DNA of 64,000 bases from Paecilomyces variotii (Eukaryota). The position numbers and the translations under genes are program-made. This document shows, piece after piece, positions 1 through 13,033 of the stretch. Under the pieces are notes generated by a model, which saw only the letters and a list, made by a program, of their open reading frames with translations, did no database searches and was not told where the DNA came from. How positions within the stretch are numbered: position 1 is the stretch's first letter; the number at the start of each line of letters is the position of its first letter. The stretch lies in assembly GCA_004022145.1 (NCBI GenBank), contig RCNU01000007.1. One strand, 5' to 3'.

Positions 1-377
1 TTACGCGTACACGCATGGACATGAGAACAAGAGGAATTAAATAATAATTTCGAACGGACCATATCAAAAGCTCTTAATCCAACATTATGACTTTCGATTT
101 TTTTTTCATTTGAATGCATCGGTAATCCTAATGATAATGATAATAACAATAGACGAGGCGGTTATTAGCTTATTCGTATGTATGTACCATTCCGAAAGTG
201 TATTAGATGTATGCGCAAGTTTCGAAGAACACGAACACTTGATGTGAAAACAAACAGGGTATTATCAACGAGAGAAAAAAAAAAGGGAACTCCAGAATCA
301 TATGAAAAAAAAGGGGGCGGGGCATATAACAAAATAGATGCTCCCCCCTTCTTCTATCTCTCCCACCTGGTTAGTAA

Positions 378-2423
378 TTAAACAACCAATTCCCACTCCG
401 CAATAAACGCAAACGCCATTCCAACCCGACCTTGCTTCTCTCGGAATTCCTGAACAGTCAATCCATGCGCATCCTGCAGGTCTCCGAAACTAGTCACAGA
501 AGCAATTTGTAGTTTTTGGCCTGGCGCACCCAGTATTCGCGGGTCAGGAATATCTAGATACCAGACATCTCCGCCTCCGTTGGGATTAGAGCCGCGGACG
601 TGCTCGAAGGGTAGTTGTTGGTCTTCGCGGCCGTCGATTCCGTGGATCATAAGGACGAAAACGTAGGGGCCTGGCTGCTTGCTGTGTTGTGTGACGCTCC
701 AGTGTGGACAGAGAAGGTTGAATTGGAAGCGGAGGGGACCGGGTTGGTAGATTGATATCTGCTTTGTTGCGGGTAGAAACGACTGTTCGTTGATGTGGTT
801 TTTGCCCGTGTCGGACCAGAGATGAGGCTGTTGGAATCCGTTGCCGAAGATATATTCCTCCCAGCTCATAATGCGGCCATCGTCGCGGAAGAAGTGCTCT
901 TTATTCTCGGGATAATGGCGAAGGCCGAATTCGTCATTCGACATGGTAAACTGGGACGGGTTGAATAGCGGGGTATACGGCTGATTTCTGCCGTTTACTA
1001 CTCCAGCTCCCCAGCATGGGTCAATAAGCTTCCATTTGCCGCCATCAATCTTCACAGCGTTCCATGCATGACTTGATCTGAATGGGGGTAAAGCAGATCC
1101 AGGGGCTATGTTCTGGAAACCAAAGCCCTTGCCATGACCTCCAACCACGATCGCTTCCAGTCCTGCGTATGTTGCAAGAGTGGAGAACAGACCGGCATAA
1201 CCCTCGCAGACGGCCAGTCCTGTAGCCAATGTATTTGCCGGGGTGGATGGCTTCACGCGGTCATTGAAGAAAGCATCTACATCGTATGCTATGTTGTGGT
1301 GAAGCCAGGTGAAAATCACTCTCGCTTTGTCGGTGGCAGAAGGGAATGGCGCCGTCAGCTCCCTAGCCAGCCATGCAAGATCTTGCGTCGGGAGTGAATG
1401 ACGAGGATATTGAGCGGCACGTGTGTCAGGCCCAGAGTAGTCGCGGCATATTAGACAGCCTGTACTCTGCGAGGTATATACACCGTTCGAACCAAGACGA
1501 GGCTTTGTCGCCTGTATCTTGGAAAGATCTGGAACTGGTGGAGGGGTGCCATTGGAGACGGAACCGGGTCTCGGGGGTATATTTGGTCCCTGAGTCTGCT
1601 TGTTTAGCCCGGCGAAAGAAGATTGCCGGATCTTATCGAGCTCAGACGATGATGGAGCCGGAGGAGGAAGATTCCTAGGTGGTGGTCTAACGCCATGCTC
1701 GTCCGCAGCATTCGCCGATTTCGAGAACCCATTCACATTGGGTCTGCGCGGCGGTAGTTTTGGGACTGGCGGTTGTTCATTATCGTTCGATGGCTGTCGG
1801 GATGGCAGTCGTGGAGGTGGTCGCGGAGGCAAGCTGCGTTCGCTCACAGCAGACCTAGGCCTGGGTCGAGATGGAAGAGCTGGTTTTGGTCCCTCCGACT
1901 CACTCCTTTTGGGAGGCAGAGGTGGTAACTGTGTCTCACCCCATGCTGGCGCGCGGACCGTTCGTGGGGCCGATTCCAAAGTCGACGAGGTCCTGGACGT
2001 GCCGGTTGAAGCGATGGTCGAAATCGACAAGCCAGATGCCGTAGACTCTAGAGAGTCTCGACGTGATGACGGACGGCGCGGGGGAAGCGCTGGGGACTTC
2101 CGCGCGGGGAGCGGAGGGGTTTTAGCAGTAGTACCACTATTATTATTATTGTCTGGTTTCTGTCCAGTCCTTCTGATCGTGGGCGGCGGCAACAGTCCGT
2201 CCTGACGAAGGCCTGCTGGCTCGTTGCCAATTTTTGGAAGAGATGCAGCAGCACCGTTGACTTGATGCGGCGGAATGCTGACTGTCTTGATATTTCTCGT
2301 CACCGCTGGCCGTGAGGGCTGGGATGCTGGTGCTCCGCTCGGATTCCTCCCAACTTGCGCATTGTTTAGCGCTGCAATCCGCTGCTGAAGCGTTTGCAGC
2401 TGCGGTTCTTCTGCCATTGCCAT
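378..2423 (-). CDS. Transglutaminase-like (kyphoscoliosis peptidase/Cyk3-type) domain protein with Pro-rich N-terminus
   Basis: 681-aa ORF with no evident intron. Motifs DKARVIFTWLHHNIAYD, AVCEGYA (Cys), HAWNAV (His) and LIDPCWGAG (Asp). First ~300 aa rich in PxxPxR motifs. Confidence 0.85.
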   Translation of the reverse strand: MAMAEEPQLQTLQQRIAALNNAQVGRNPSGAPASQPSRPAVTRNIKTVSIPPHQVNGAAASLPKIGNEPAGLRQDGLLPPPTIRRTGQKPDNNNNSGTTAKTPPLPARKSPALPPRRPSSRRDSLESTASGLSISTIASTGTSRTSSTLESAPRTVRAPAWGETQLPPLPPKRSESEGPKPALPSRPRPRSAVSERSLPPRPPPRLPSRQPSNDNEQPPVPKLPPRRPNVNGFSKSANAADEHGVRPPPRNLPPPAPSSSELDKIRQSSFAGLNKQTQGPNIPPRPGSVSNGTPPPVPDLSKIQATKPRLGSNGVYTSQSTGCLICRDYSGPDTRAAQYPRHSLPTQDLAWLARELTAPFPSATDKARVIFTWLHHNIAYDVDAFFNDRVKPSTPANTLATGLAVCEGYAGLFSTLATYAGLEAIVVGGHGKGFGFQNIAPGSALPPFRSSHAWNAVKIDGGKWKLIDPCWGAGVVNGRNQPYTPLFNPSQFTMSNDEFGLRHYPENKEHFFRDDGRIMSWEEYIFGNGFQQPHLWSDTGKNHINEQSFLPATKQISIYQPGPLRFQFNLLCPHWSVTQHSKQPGPYVFVLMIHGIDGREDQQLPFEHVRGSNPNGGGDVWYLDIPDPRILGAPGQKLQIASVTSFGDLQDAHGLTVQEFREKQGRVGMAFAFIAEWELVV

Positions 2424-3726
2424 GGGCTCAGGTACTTGAAAGACCTAAGGAAGAGGAGCGACAGCAACGAACCGAGGTTCAAATCCTGATGTAAAGTCTG
2501 AAGGCCTGTTGCGCGTCCGTTTAAATAACGCGGCGTCGAACAAGCTGAAAGGGGACTAATTGTCCTTCTGTCGTTTGAAATGACCAGGGGAAATGAGCGT
2601 TTTGAGGCTGTGAGCTGCAGGTATCCGATCCTCGAAACCTGGACGTAAGTACAGTAGATAAGTTTGTATGACCAGATGATCAGCCCCTCACAATAACTCC
2701 CATCGCAAGAAATAATGCAATAACAGTAGCCATCCAGGCTTCTCCCAGGAGCCGTCCGTCCGCTCTCGGGTGTCGACTTTCCTTTTTAAAAAGAAAAACA
2801 GCAATGACTCCTCGATGCAGAGAGTTTCAGAGCAAGCCTGGCGCTGCGGGGCTCTCTGCTTGGGTCATCTACCTAGGTCTTGGAGTCGCTAAAATAGGCC
2901 CCTAAAGTGCTTGGGGGCAGAAAGTTTCATTTAGATCGAAGAGCCTCACGATTGCTCGCCAACGCTGCCTTCTGAGTGGACGGGGCGATCTAGCTATCAA
3001 GTCCGTGATAAGCTGCCTAGCATGATAGATGCTGGCCATCACTAGCACTCTGGATTCCTAGCCTGTGCGGTGGCGATGCAATCCAGGAACGATTTGGTGG
3101 CTGAACAAGTCGAGGTTCCAACCGAGAAGAGGCCGAAGAGTGACAGCGCGGGCCGATGCCTTAACTTACTCGTCTCTCCACGCTCTGTCTATAAATAACT
3201 GAACTAAAGGATGGTGGAAGATCAAATAGATAATACTAATCACAGAATAATTCCTGACAGGATGGATACCTAGACGCCTAACGGCGACGGTGTAGAGCTT
3301 ATTTGAACAGAACAGGATTATGACCTTGCAGAAAGAAAATGGGAAAAGACGAGAACATAATCCACAAGAGCCGATTCCGTCTCCCAGCACCCAGTTCCAA
3401 ACGGATGGCCTCCCAGAGACGCGACTGAAGGAGCACCTCGCCATACAAATAATCACACGAAGGGAAAGAGAGAGTCGACAATGAGAAACAGAAGACCTCG
3501 AACGCAGCCCAATGCTCAAAAAAAGAAAAAGAAAAGAAGAAAACACCCTCCGGAGAATGGAAAGCAATCAGGACCGGTCGAGTGCTCGGGGCAATGAAGC
3601 ACCCGTCGGTTCGTCCCAACAGCATCAAGCATCATCAGAAACCATCACTTCATCCAGTTGTACATGTCCCATCGGCACCAATGGCCTCCAATCGGCCAAT
3701 GGCGCATTCTCGTCGCTAGTATGTCG

Positions 3727-4876
3727 TCACACGTCGCGGTAGAGCAGCAGCGGCTCACCGACATTTTCAACCTCCGGAATGGTACACTTTAGATCAAACG
3801 CTTTGCTCAGGACGATCTTGAAGATCTGCTTTGTTGGTCAGTGATAGCGCAAGACAGGAGAACGGTGTGGAGCTGGATCTGTGACCTTCTGGACGTTGAT
3901 GCTATGGCTGGTGCTGCTGAAGATCAGGCTTGCTCGCATGGCCTTCGCGAACCGTTTGGCCTAGTCGCTAGTTAATAACCGCACTAAGAGACAAGTTTCT
4001 TGCTTCATGAACCTACCTGCAGAGTGATCTCTTCTTGATCTGCCCGGGGTAAGTTTGCGAAATGGTCGTACTTTGTGCCCACCAGGAATGGAATGGCGGT
4101 CTTGTTGAAGCCGCGACCCTGACGATACCATTCCTTGATGGAGTTGAGCGTGCTCTTCCGGGTCAGGTCAAACATGAAGAGAATAGCAACTGCATCATTG
4201 CAGACCAGCGGAAGCATGTTGACGAATTCTCGTTGGCCGCCCAGGTCCCAGATGGAAAATGTGATTTCGGTATTTCGAATAGAAATGGTCTTCTCCATGA
4301 AATTGACGCCTTCTCCTGTTCAGTCATCGACGCTCGATACTGGAGGGATCACGCAGCCTTACCCAATGTCTGAATGTAGTCCTCGTCCCAACTGCCTTCC
4401 ACGTACTTGACCATCAGACTAGTCTTGCCTATCTGCGCATCTCCCACCATTCCAACCTTGATCACCACGCTGTTCTTGGCCGGCTGCTGCGACGACGACT
4501 GCGGCCGTTGCTGTTGTTCCTGGAACGGCTGAGAGTATCCGTATCGATCCCCACCACTGGACAGCCCCGAACCCGGCCGCGAGATGGGCTGCGGCGGCTG
4601 TTGATAGGTCATTGTGGGAGAGGAATTCCACCGCGAGGATTGGTCTGTGTCGTGAGCGTAGTGTTGAGAAGGAGGAGAGGGAACGTAGTCCGGTGCAGAG
4701 TGCGAGGAGAGATGACCGCTCTGCCCGTTGCTGTACGCAGGAGAGCCGACGAGCACTTCGGAGCCCGCCTGCTCAGGGTCAGAGGGCGCAACGACCTGCT
4801 CAGGACTCTGCTGCGGTTGTTGCGACAGTTCCATGACAGCGGCAGGCTCCACCTCAGGCGGTTGTGGCCCGTCCAT
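3727..4876 (-). CDS. spg1: Septum-promoting GTPase Spg1/Tem1 (septation initiation network)
   Basis: Exons 4876-4363, 4309-4017, 3960-3886, 3825-3727. Motifs GDAQIGKTS (P-loop), DYIQTLGVNF (switch I), [14 protein letters not shown] and C-terminal [22 protein letters not shown] introns restore the frame. Confidence 0.93.
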
Positions 4877-5509
4877 GGTAGGAATGTAGGGATACGACGG
4901 TCGAGGATCTCTTCACGATAGACGCAGTGTCAACACGAGCCAACGCAGACGGGCGCCAGCACGAACGGACGTACGAACACCCAAGGAGAAAAGAGCTGTG
5001 GCACAGTGCTATGAGCACCGCATGAGATGCGATTGGGCGACAGGAACTCGAGGGGGAGTGAGCGAGGACTCGAGAAGCACAGATGGGGAGCAGCAGCTGG
5101 ATCCGCAAGCTAACTAACAGATGCAATCTAAGACACGTGGGGATGGGAGACTCGGGCAGCAGAGACGCGCACAACAGCAACTGGGGCAAGCGAAATGAAA
5201 CGACCGTAAAGGGACTTGCAGGCCGGGACAACAACGAGGACGACGAGAGAGCAGCAATAATAACAATGAGAGCCTGGATGAGACGAGAGACCCTCACGGC
5301 GGGCAATCAATCGTCGACCTTCAGCCCAGCGAGAGCGGGCGGAATCAGATCACGCGCTAGTGACTTTCCGGGCTAGTGGATTTCCGCCGTCAAAAAAGTT
5401 CACGGCGCTCCAAGAGGCATCTCGATAAGTTGATCGCTCTCGCGATTCCACCACCTGCGCGCTGAGGCTGTCTGCTTCTTGTTACGTCTGGACGGAGGCA
5501 TCTTTCACC

Positions 5510-7149
5510 ATGTCCAAGCGCACAGCTGATGCCGTTGAAGAGCACTCCGCCGCCCTCAAGGCGGGCGAGCGTCCCGTCGCCGATGCCCCTCCAGATGAGG
5601 TGGGGGAGTTCGAGGACGAGTTTGAAGACGAGTTTGAGAGCGAAGATGAGATCCTAGAGGCAGGAGTGGATGGCCGACCAGATGCAGAGCGGGAAGCAGA
5701 AGAACAGAAGGGTACGTGGCTGTCCTAGGCCCCAACGCGCAGTGGTCACGATATAACGTCTATGGAATGCATTGTATTGACTATTTGCATTATTGCACAG
5801 ATGCTATGGACGTCGATAAGCAGACTTTTATCCCTGGTCGGACAAAGCTGGCACCGGGAGAGACGCTGTCGCCAGATCCTACCACATATCACATGCTGCA
5901 CACGCTCAGTGCGCCATGGCCATGTCTGTCGTTTGACATCGTCCGTGACAGTCTGGGTGACAACCGAACGACATATCCTGCGACGGTCTATGCGGTTGCA
6001 GGTACACAGGCCGAGGGTAGCCGTGCGAAAGACAATGAGCTCATGGTGCTCAAGCTGAGCGGGCTTAGCAGGATGGAACGGGACAACGAAACCGACTCGG
6101 AGAGCGACTCGGATGATGATGAGTCTGGAGATCCCATTTTGGAGCACAAGTCGATTCCACTGAACTCGACGACAAACCGGATCCGCGCCCATCAGACACC
6201 AGCTCCCTCGGGAGACTACTCCAAACCGCCTCAGACCATCACTGCCACTATGCTGGAGAACTCCCAGGTTCTCATCCACGATGTGACCGCTCACCTCGCC
6301 AGCTTCGATACCCCCGGCGCAGTTCTTCCTCCGTCCGCCTCCAAGCCTCTCTCCACTCTCCGGATGCACAAGTCTGAAGGATACGCATTGGACTGGTCTC
6401 CTTTGCAGCCGCTGGGCAAACTTCTGACTGGTGACAACGACGGCTTGATCTACGTGACCACTCGCACAGAGGGAGGCGGCTGGGTGACCGACTCGCGGCC
6501 ATTCATCGGCCACACATCGTCTGTGGAGGAGTTACAGTGGTCTCCCAACGAGAGAAACGTGTTCGCCTCCGCAAGCAGCGACGGAAGCGTCAAGGTGTGG
6601 GATGTCCGGTCCAAGTCGAGGAAGCCTGCTGTGGATGTGAAGATATCGAACACCGACATCAACGTGATGAGCTGGTCCAAGCAGACCTTCCACCTTCTGG
6701 CCACTGGTGCGGATGACGGACAATGGGGGGTCTGGGATCTGCGACACTGGAAGCCCAATGCTTCATCGCCGTCTTCGCAGCTGCGGCCATCTCCAGTTGC
6801 TTCGTTCGACTTCCACAAGGAACCTATCACCAGCATCGAATGGCACCCGTCCGACGACAGTGTTGTCGCCGTTGGTTCTGCAGACAACACCCTGACCCTG
6901 TGGGATCTGGCCGTCGAACTGGATGACGAGGAGAGTCGCGATGCCGGCATGGCGGATGTACCACCGCAGCTGCTGTTTGTGCACTACATGGAGTCCGTCA
7001 AGGAGCTTCACTGGCAGGCCCAGATGCCCGGTACGGTCATGGCGACGGGCAGTAACGGATTCGGGTATGTTACTTCTCCCCCTCGCTCTTCTAGCCATGA
7101 TTCGGAGCTAACCTTTCGATACAGAATCTTCAAGACTATCAGCGTCTAG
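5510..7149 (+). CDS. RRB1: Ribosome assembly WD40 protein Rrb1 (GRWD1)
   Basis: Exons 5510-5711, 5801-7064, 7125-7149. Acidic N-terminus, WPCLSFDI, EGYALDWS, HTSSVEELQWSP, PPQLLFVH and C-terminal FKTISV. Confidence 0.93.
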
Positions 7150-7595
7150 TCTATTCTTACAATTATTTATCCGCCCAGCCCAGCATCGGGACCTGAGGGC
7201 TTGTTCAATGCACAGAACCAAGTACATAAGCAAAACCTCGCCATCTATCCCACCACCCACCATCTTCAACCGATCATCACCATTGTCACCATATACCAAC
7301 AGAGTCGATAACCATCAGGATATCTACGTGATTAACTCGACCAGGTACATACAGATGACGTACTACAGAGCATCAACAAAAAGGCAAGGCCAAAAAAGTC
7401 AAGATTCCACCTGAACGATCGTCATGTCATGAAATGTAATGACATTGCATGTCCTTTTCTTCTTTTTAACGCTTTCCTATTCAATGTCTAGATATTGGCA
7501 GTTCTATACAAAAAAAGAAAAGTTTCAATGGGATTGGATTATTCATTCATTCATCACTTATCGTTCAGCATTCAGCATTCAATCTTCAAGATTTA

Positions 7596-7622
7596 GTATT
7601 CAGTATTCAGTATTCAGTATTC
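7596..7622 (+). repeat. (AGTATTC)n tandem repeat
   Basis: agtattcagtattcagtattcagtattc, about 4 copies; boundaries approximate. Confidence 0.8.
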
Positions 7623-10600
7623 GACGGTTCTCATCGAATCCACGTCTGATCTATTATTTATTATCTAAGTTCATCCATACATCCACGCTCAGCTAGAATT
7701 AGGACTCCAAGTCTAAATAACACTATCTATCAAGGGATCCATCTATCTATCAGAGACACGCAATGATAAAAAAAAAAAATTATCTCGCAGTGTCTGTCTC
7801 GATTGAAAATATCCATAGTTTCCACTTTTACCATCAGTATGTACAGTACGTGCCCCCTTCTAGGATTATCTGAGATAATACAACGCCCGCATAGGTAACA
7901 AATAGCTATGTTATACTACGATAATACTTAAGTTAACTATTACCATTCCCAGACCATTTCTCAAGCAGTGTAGATTGGTTGGTGATGTCTCTTGAGAGTA
8001 CTGTAATAACCATAACCCCCACGCTTCCCCACGCCAACGTACAGTAACTATGTATGTACACATCGTATTATATATCAGGCAGCTAACTAACTACCAGGCA
8101 TTATTACATAACATATCTCTTATGACTAATTACCTGTTTTTTGCTGTTTGGAATCATTTGAATACCTTCACGCGGATTGGGGGATGGGGGATAAGATTCA
8201 CGTGATCGGGGAATTTCGGTCTTTGGTGGGAGGAGGGGGGTGGATTATTTAGAATAGAAAGGGGGCCAAAAAAACAAAAGTTGACGCCCGGATCGCTGGG
8301 TGACTACTGTAGTTATCCTATCGCTATCACGCTTCGTTATCGGCAAGGAGGGGGAGGGGCACGACGGCGCAGCTCTCAATCTCCTTGATTGAAACTGCGC
8401 AAAATAATTACGCGCCGCTCCACTAAGTTAGGTATGGTATGTACTTGAGTAGGGCGCGACGCTTTGGTGGGGAATACCTAATTAGACTGTTAGAATAGGT
8501 AGGTATGGTAGTTTGACTCTGGTCTGTGAGTCGGTCTTCTTCCCGTCTGCTGCTGCAGGGTAAATCATCGATTGCCTGCCTGCCTGCCTGCACGTTTGAA
8601 CGGTTGGCTTGTCTCGTTACCGGGGAGAATGCTCTTTTTTTTTTTTTTTTTCTTTTTCCAAGGTACAGGACAGGGCAAGAATGGTTCGTCTTTTTTGATA
8701 CAGAGAAAATAAAATAGATAAAATGTGAAAAAGGCCAGCAAAAGCCGTAGCCGAATTTACATACTAGGGATCCACATCGCAGGGTGTCGAGACTACCTAT
8801 GGTATGCCCAGAGGACAAATAGAAGCCAGATGTCGCCCACAAGTCACGGACTGCCGGATGATCCTGAAACCCTGCGCTGGCCAGCTGTGGACAAGCTAGA
8901 CTGTGGTTGGGCAATACTGGACAAGAGGCCACTGCGCTGGCCACTTTGAGAGCTTCACGATCATCTTACTATCCGACTAGACTGTGGTCTGTCCGCATCG
9001 CATGCATGAATAGTAGCCGAATGGCCTCAAGGCTGGCCCAGTCCGTCTCATGCATGTCACTTGGGGCCATCTAGAGTACGTCCACGGCCGCACGGCGATT
9101 CGGAATGGCCCATCAACTGGACCCGCTGTCAGGAATGAAATTGAGAAGTGATGTTTGCGCGGCGATCGGATACTGCAAAGGGAGAGGTGCCACTGTTGTA
9201 GTGGAATAATAAGGCCGTGGATGATGATAATACATGGCTCGCACGAGGGACGACTTTAGTCGGCCGTCTGGTCTGTATGGGGTGCAGGAACCAGAATAGT
9301 CGCTCGTGCTCCCTAGGCGGCACAACGTTGCAACTTGCTCAGCAGTTTTGATTCATTGGACAAGTATTATAGACGCTAGAGTACTGGCCATGGCCCACGA
9401 TGCGAAGGTATCTCATATTTTCATGTCGCGATGATCTGTACATGTGTGGTGCTGTGAGCCATGGGGCATGCTGCAAAACATCGGATAGAGTGTGGAAGTA
9501 TGTATATCTTAGATCGTTACCACGTAGCAAGACAAGGGAGGATCTAGTCAAATCGATGATATTGTCGTCAAATGTATTCCATATCTGGCAGTTGATCCCA
9601 TAGGGCCTGTTCAGTCAGTGCTTCTCGAGTAACTAACTCGTATGAGCGTTGGCGCTTGGACGGACAAGAGATGAAATAGAAGAGTTCAAGATGAGAATCT
9701 TCGATCCCTTCCCGGGGTAGTGCCGATTAATACATTGATGCGGCAAATGTCTGTCACGCAGCGACCGATCCAGGCGTTGGTGAAGGTAGTTGGGGTCTAA
9801 AGACACCCAGACGTTGGACTGCGGTCGGTCATCAGTAAAGCATCGTTGATCCTCCCGGAAACGGCATGCACTGTCATGTCCTTCTGGGATGAACTGCGTT
9901 TCTATGCGTGGCAAAGTCTGCCAGCTTGTCTTTGTCTTACGGAGAGTGTTTTCATCGGAGGATTGGTTCTTCAGGATTGTTGTTGTCTGTGACAAGCCAG
10001 AGAGAAACGAAGAGTCTTGGGATTTGCAATGGTCGCGGACGATCTAGAGTCACTGGACCAATGGTCATTCGTGACAGTATCTAGCACCCATGTGTCTCGG
10101 GCTTGCAAACTGCAAGATGCATGTTCTCAAAGCGAGGCAGGTAGAAGTGCGTTGATCTGGCAGTCGCCACAAGAGACATGGCAGGTATGCTTGCAAAAGA
10201 GAAGATCTCCTAGCATCTGCCTGATGCCCTGGGACAGCAATTGGGTGATGTACTCTGAGCCATTACCAATCGTAGCAGCACTGATCCGCATCAGCGAAAT
10301 ATACCGCGCACAGTAACCATCGCCGTGTGTCTCAACGTGTCTCGACTGCTATGGCAAGACCATGACGTCTCACAGGACTAGGAACTGACTACCATACGCA
10401 CGGTTCCAGAGCTCATCTGGAAGGACGGCAGAAGGAGCTCTGCGATGGTTGGGTGGCTGGACACTGAGCGCTTACTACGGAGTACATTGGACCTGCATCT
10501 TTCAGCTCCAACCTCGAGCCATACTCTAGTGCTTGGAACGCAATAGCCAAGATGTCGAATGAGAGTCGCTCGAATGAGCCACTAGGGAACACAGGTTGGC

Positions 10601-10700
10601 GGCCTGAGGTGCTGGAGGACATTTTGGCCGAGTGCGAGCCACGGATGATCGGCGCCCGCAGAAGTCGTTGAAGATGCGATTTGGAAGCGCCCTACGAGAT

Positions 10701-10749
10701 TGACCATGACCATGACTATGAGCATGTCCATGAGCATGTCCATGAACAT
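10701..10749 (+). repeat. Degenerate hexamer tandem repeat (CATGAC/CATGAG/CATGTC)
   Basis: tgaccatgaccatgactatgagcatgtccatgagcatgtccatgaacat, period 6. Confidence 0.75.
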
Positions 10750-13033
10750 TCAAACACAGTTACTACTCCGTAGTGACCATCGATCTTCCGCCCATAGCCG
10801 TGTCCGGACACCGGATGCAGGACGATGCCCGGAACGAGGGAAGCCCCGAGACCGAGCAGCTGACTGCTTTATCCAGGGTTCAGCGCTCTGGCCGTGTCCG
10901 GGCGAGACTAGAACTGCTAGTCAGTTACAACAGCTTCATCCGGGGTTCTGCGGCGGCTGGTCATGTGGCCGCGGTTTCATGGGTCGAGCTTTGCTTTCCC
11001 AGTCGACACGAGGTCCCTGCGCGGACATCGTATCGGAGATCTCGACGGGGACGCTATTATTATTATGGATTGTTGGGAACTGTTGATGCTCGAGGTAAGA
11101 ATCTTCTACATAATCCAACGATTGATTAATTAATTAACTAGCAGTCGATTCCAGACTGCCTTTCCTCCTTGAGGTCATTTCTCGCCTGGGACGAACCGAC
11201 CCATCGACTGTTGCCCTGTGGCTGTGAAGCGCGCGACTAGTTAACCAGAGGTATTTACTCTACCAACTTCGAGAGTTATGCACAGCTCGATGAAATATCT
11301 TGCTCTCCCAGCAGAACCTCGTCTCATGACCATCGTGACCCGCAACCCCGGGTTTTAGACCCTTTGGAGTTTGGACGAGCCAAGTTAAGCAGGATCGCGG
11401 GACCCCGTACCTTTTCACCCACGGATCCCATCGAACGGCCAGCTAGCTTCCATGGACCCGCTACCCCAACCACAAAGATCTGGTCTTTTTTAAATTTTTT
11501 CTTTTCGTGTCTGTCCATCACACTATGTGCAGGATGGCGGTCTGTTCCAGTGGTGGCAGAGACACAGAAAGCCAGAGAGGGCGTGGAGGAACACAACAAC
11601 ATCATCGAGGCCGTCGGCACTCGGTTCGACCATGGGAAAGCTCCTGAATGCGGTTTTCGGTCTCCTGCAGAACAGCTATTCGACTTCTGGGTCGCCATGC
11701 TTCCTCCCCGGCGGATGAAGACAGAGGGCGAATACTCCGTCGATCGCCGACGCTGGTTGGTTTCTAGAATTTAGCATTCCTGGGGAACGTTCAGGGGGAG
11801 CACGGCGGATCTGGAGAAGCCAAGACCACACGGGCCAGTTGCTAAACCTTTTACCTTGTTCGTACTCGACCTTACTCGACTACCAACGAACTGCTGGCCT
11901 ATGGAGAGAGGTCGAGCCTGTCAGCATACAGAAGACCACGAAGGAAATCAATCACAAGCACCACCAAAATACGGGGACAAAAAAAAGGACTCGAGCTAGG
12001 AGAATAATCATACGAAGAAAACCATCTACGTACAGTACCAGTACATACTCTAGAGTTAGAATAACTCAACACTTCTGGGGTCACCGCTCGGCCCTCCACA
12101 AAAAAATCCCCCACCGGCGAGCGATGGCGCATGCTCCTGCTAAATTCGGCCGGGGTGGGCCCTTCCGCCACCACCTGATTTCGCCTGGCCGTCTCCAGTA
12201 ACAGCTTGAGCCAAGGTTGGTTCAACATCGACAGCGCCGCCAGCACACACGGGCCATGTTCTGCCCCTGGTCGTCTGTACCGATGACACCGTTATGGTAC
12301 CGTATCATCCGTGCACAGTTATCCGCTACCTGCACTTACTATTCTAGAGTAGATAACTACTACTGTAGTTAGTTCGTTTTACTCCGGATTTCCTCTCTGC
12401 GAATTTCGAAGCCTCGTCCATGATTATCATCATTATTATTAATCTGCTTCCCGTGACAAGCGCAATCTCCTTACACGGTCACCCGTATCGGAAAGCGAGT
12501 TCGGATCTCATTCCAGTAGCCTGAAACGGCAACTGCTTGCTTCTGGTCAATAACAATGCTTTCTCTTCGGGACGCCAGAAATCAACAGCCAGTCAGCAGA
12601 AGCACTGACCTCCCATGCCAACTTAGCGCAGGCTGTGGTTGGCCAGCGCTCTGCACAGCTCCGTCATCAAACAGAAGAATGGCGACCATTGTCTAGGACT
12701 CAGTTACCGTCCAATGTCTTTGGTTCCAGAATCTCCCGGGGAGGAGCTTTGGAAATCCTTTTTTTTTTTTTTTTTTGGTTTTATTTGGGTATCGTAAGGT
12801 GGTTCGAGTAGCATGTGGTCGTGACAGTAAGCTATTATAATCAAGAAGAAACAATAACGCGAGTGACAATGAAGACGGAAGACAGCTGGGTGGCCAAAAA
12901 GACAAGGGTAGACAACTAGCACTGCGCGAGCACTGGGAGCGGTGCGTGGTTCTTAGGGCGAAATATCGTGGCATCGATACGTCGGGACTGGCCGGTCATG
13001 ACGTTGTTCGGCAGTTGTTCAGCACTTTGTCCA

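Noticed and set aside
9790-9836. Hammerhead-like CUGAUGA on the minus strand
   Set aside because: No stem II-GAAA or cleavage-site architecture follows.
10526-11086. His-rich (HGHAHGH) or Met-rich (MTMTMSMS) small proteins
   Set aside because: Both are translations of one hexamer repeat. The His-rich frame has no ATG start and the remaining sequence is not protein-like.
8423-12974. Short ORFs in the RRB1-amdX gap
   Set aside because: No domain motifs or consistent exon chain, and several cross homopolymer runs. Treated as non-coding regulatory DNA.
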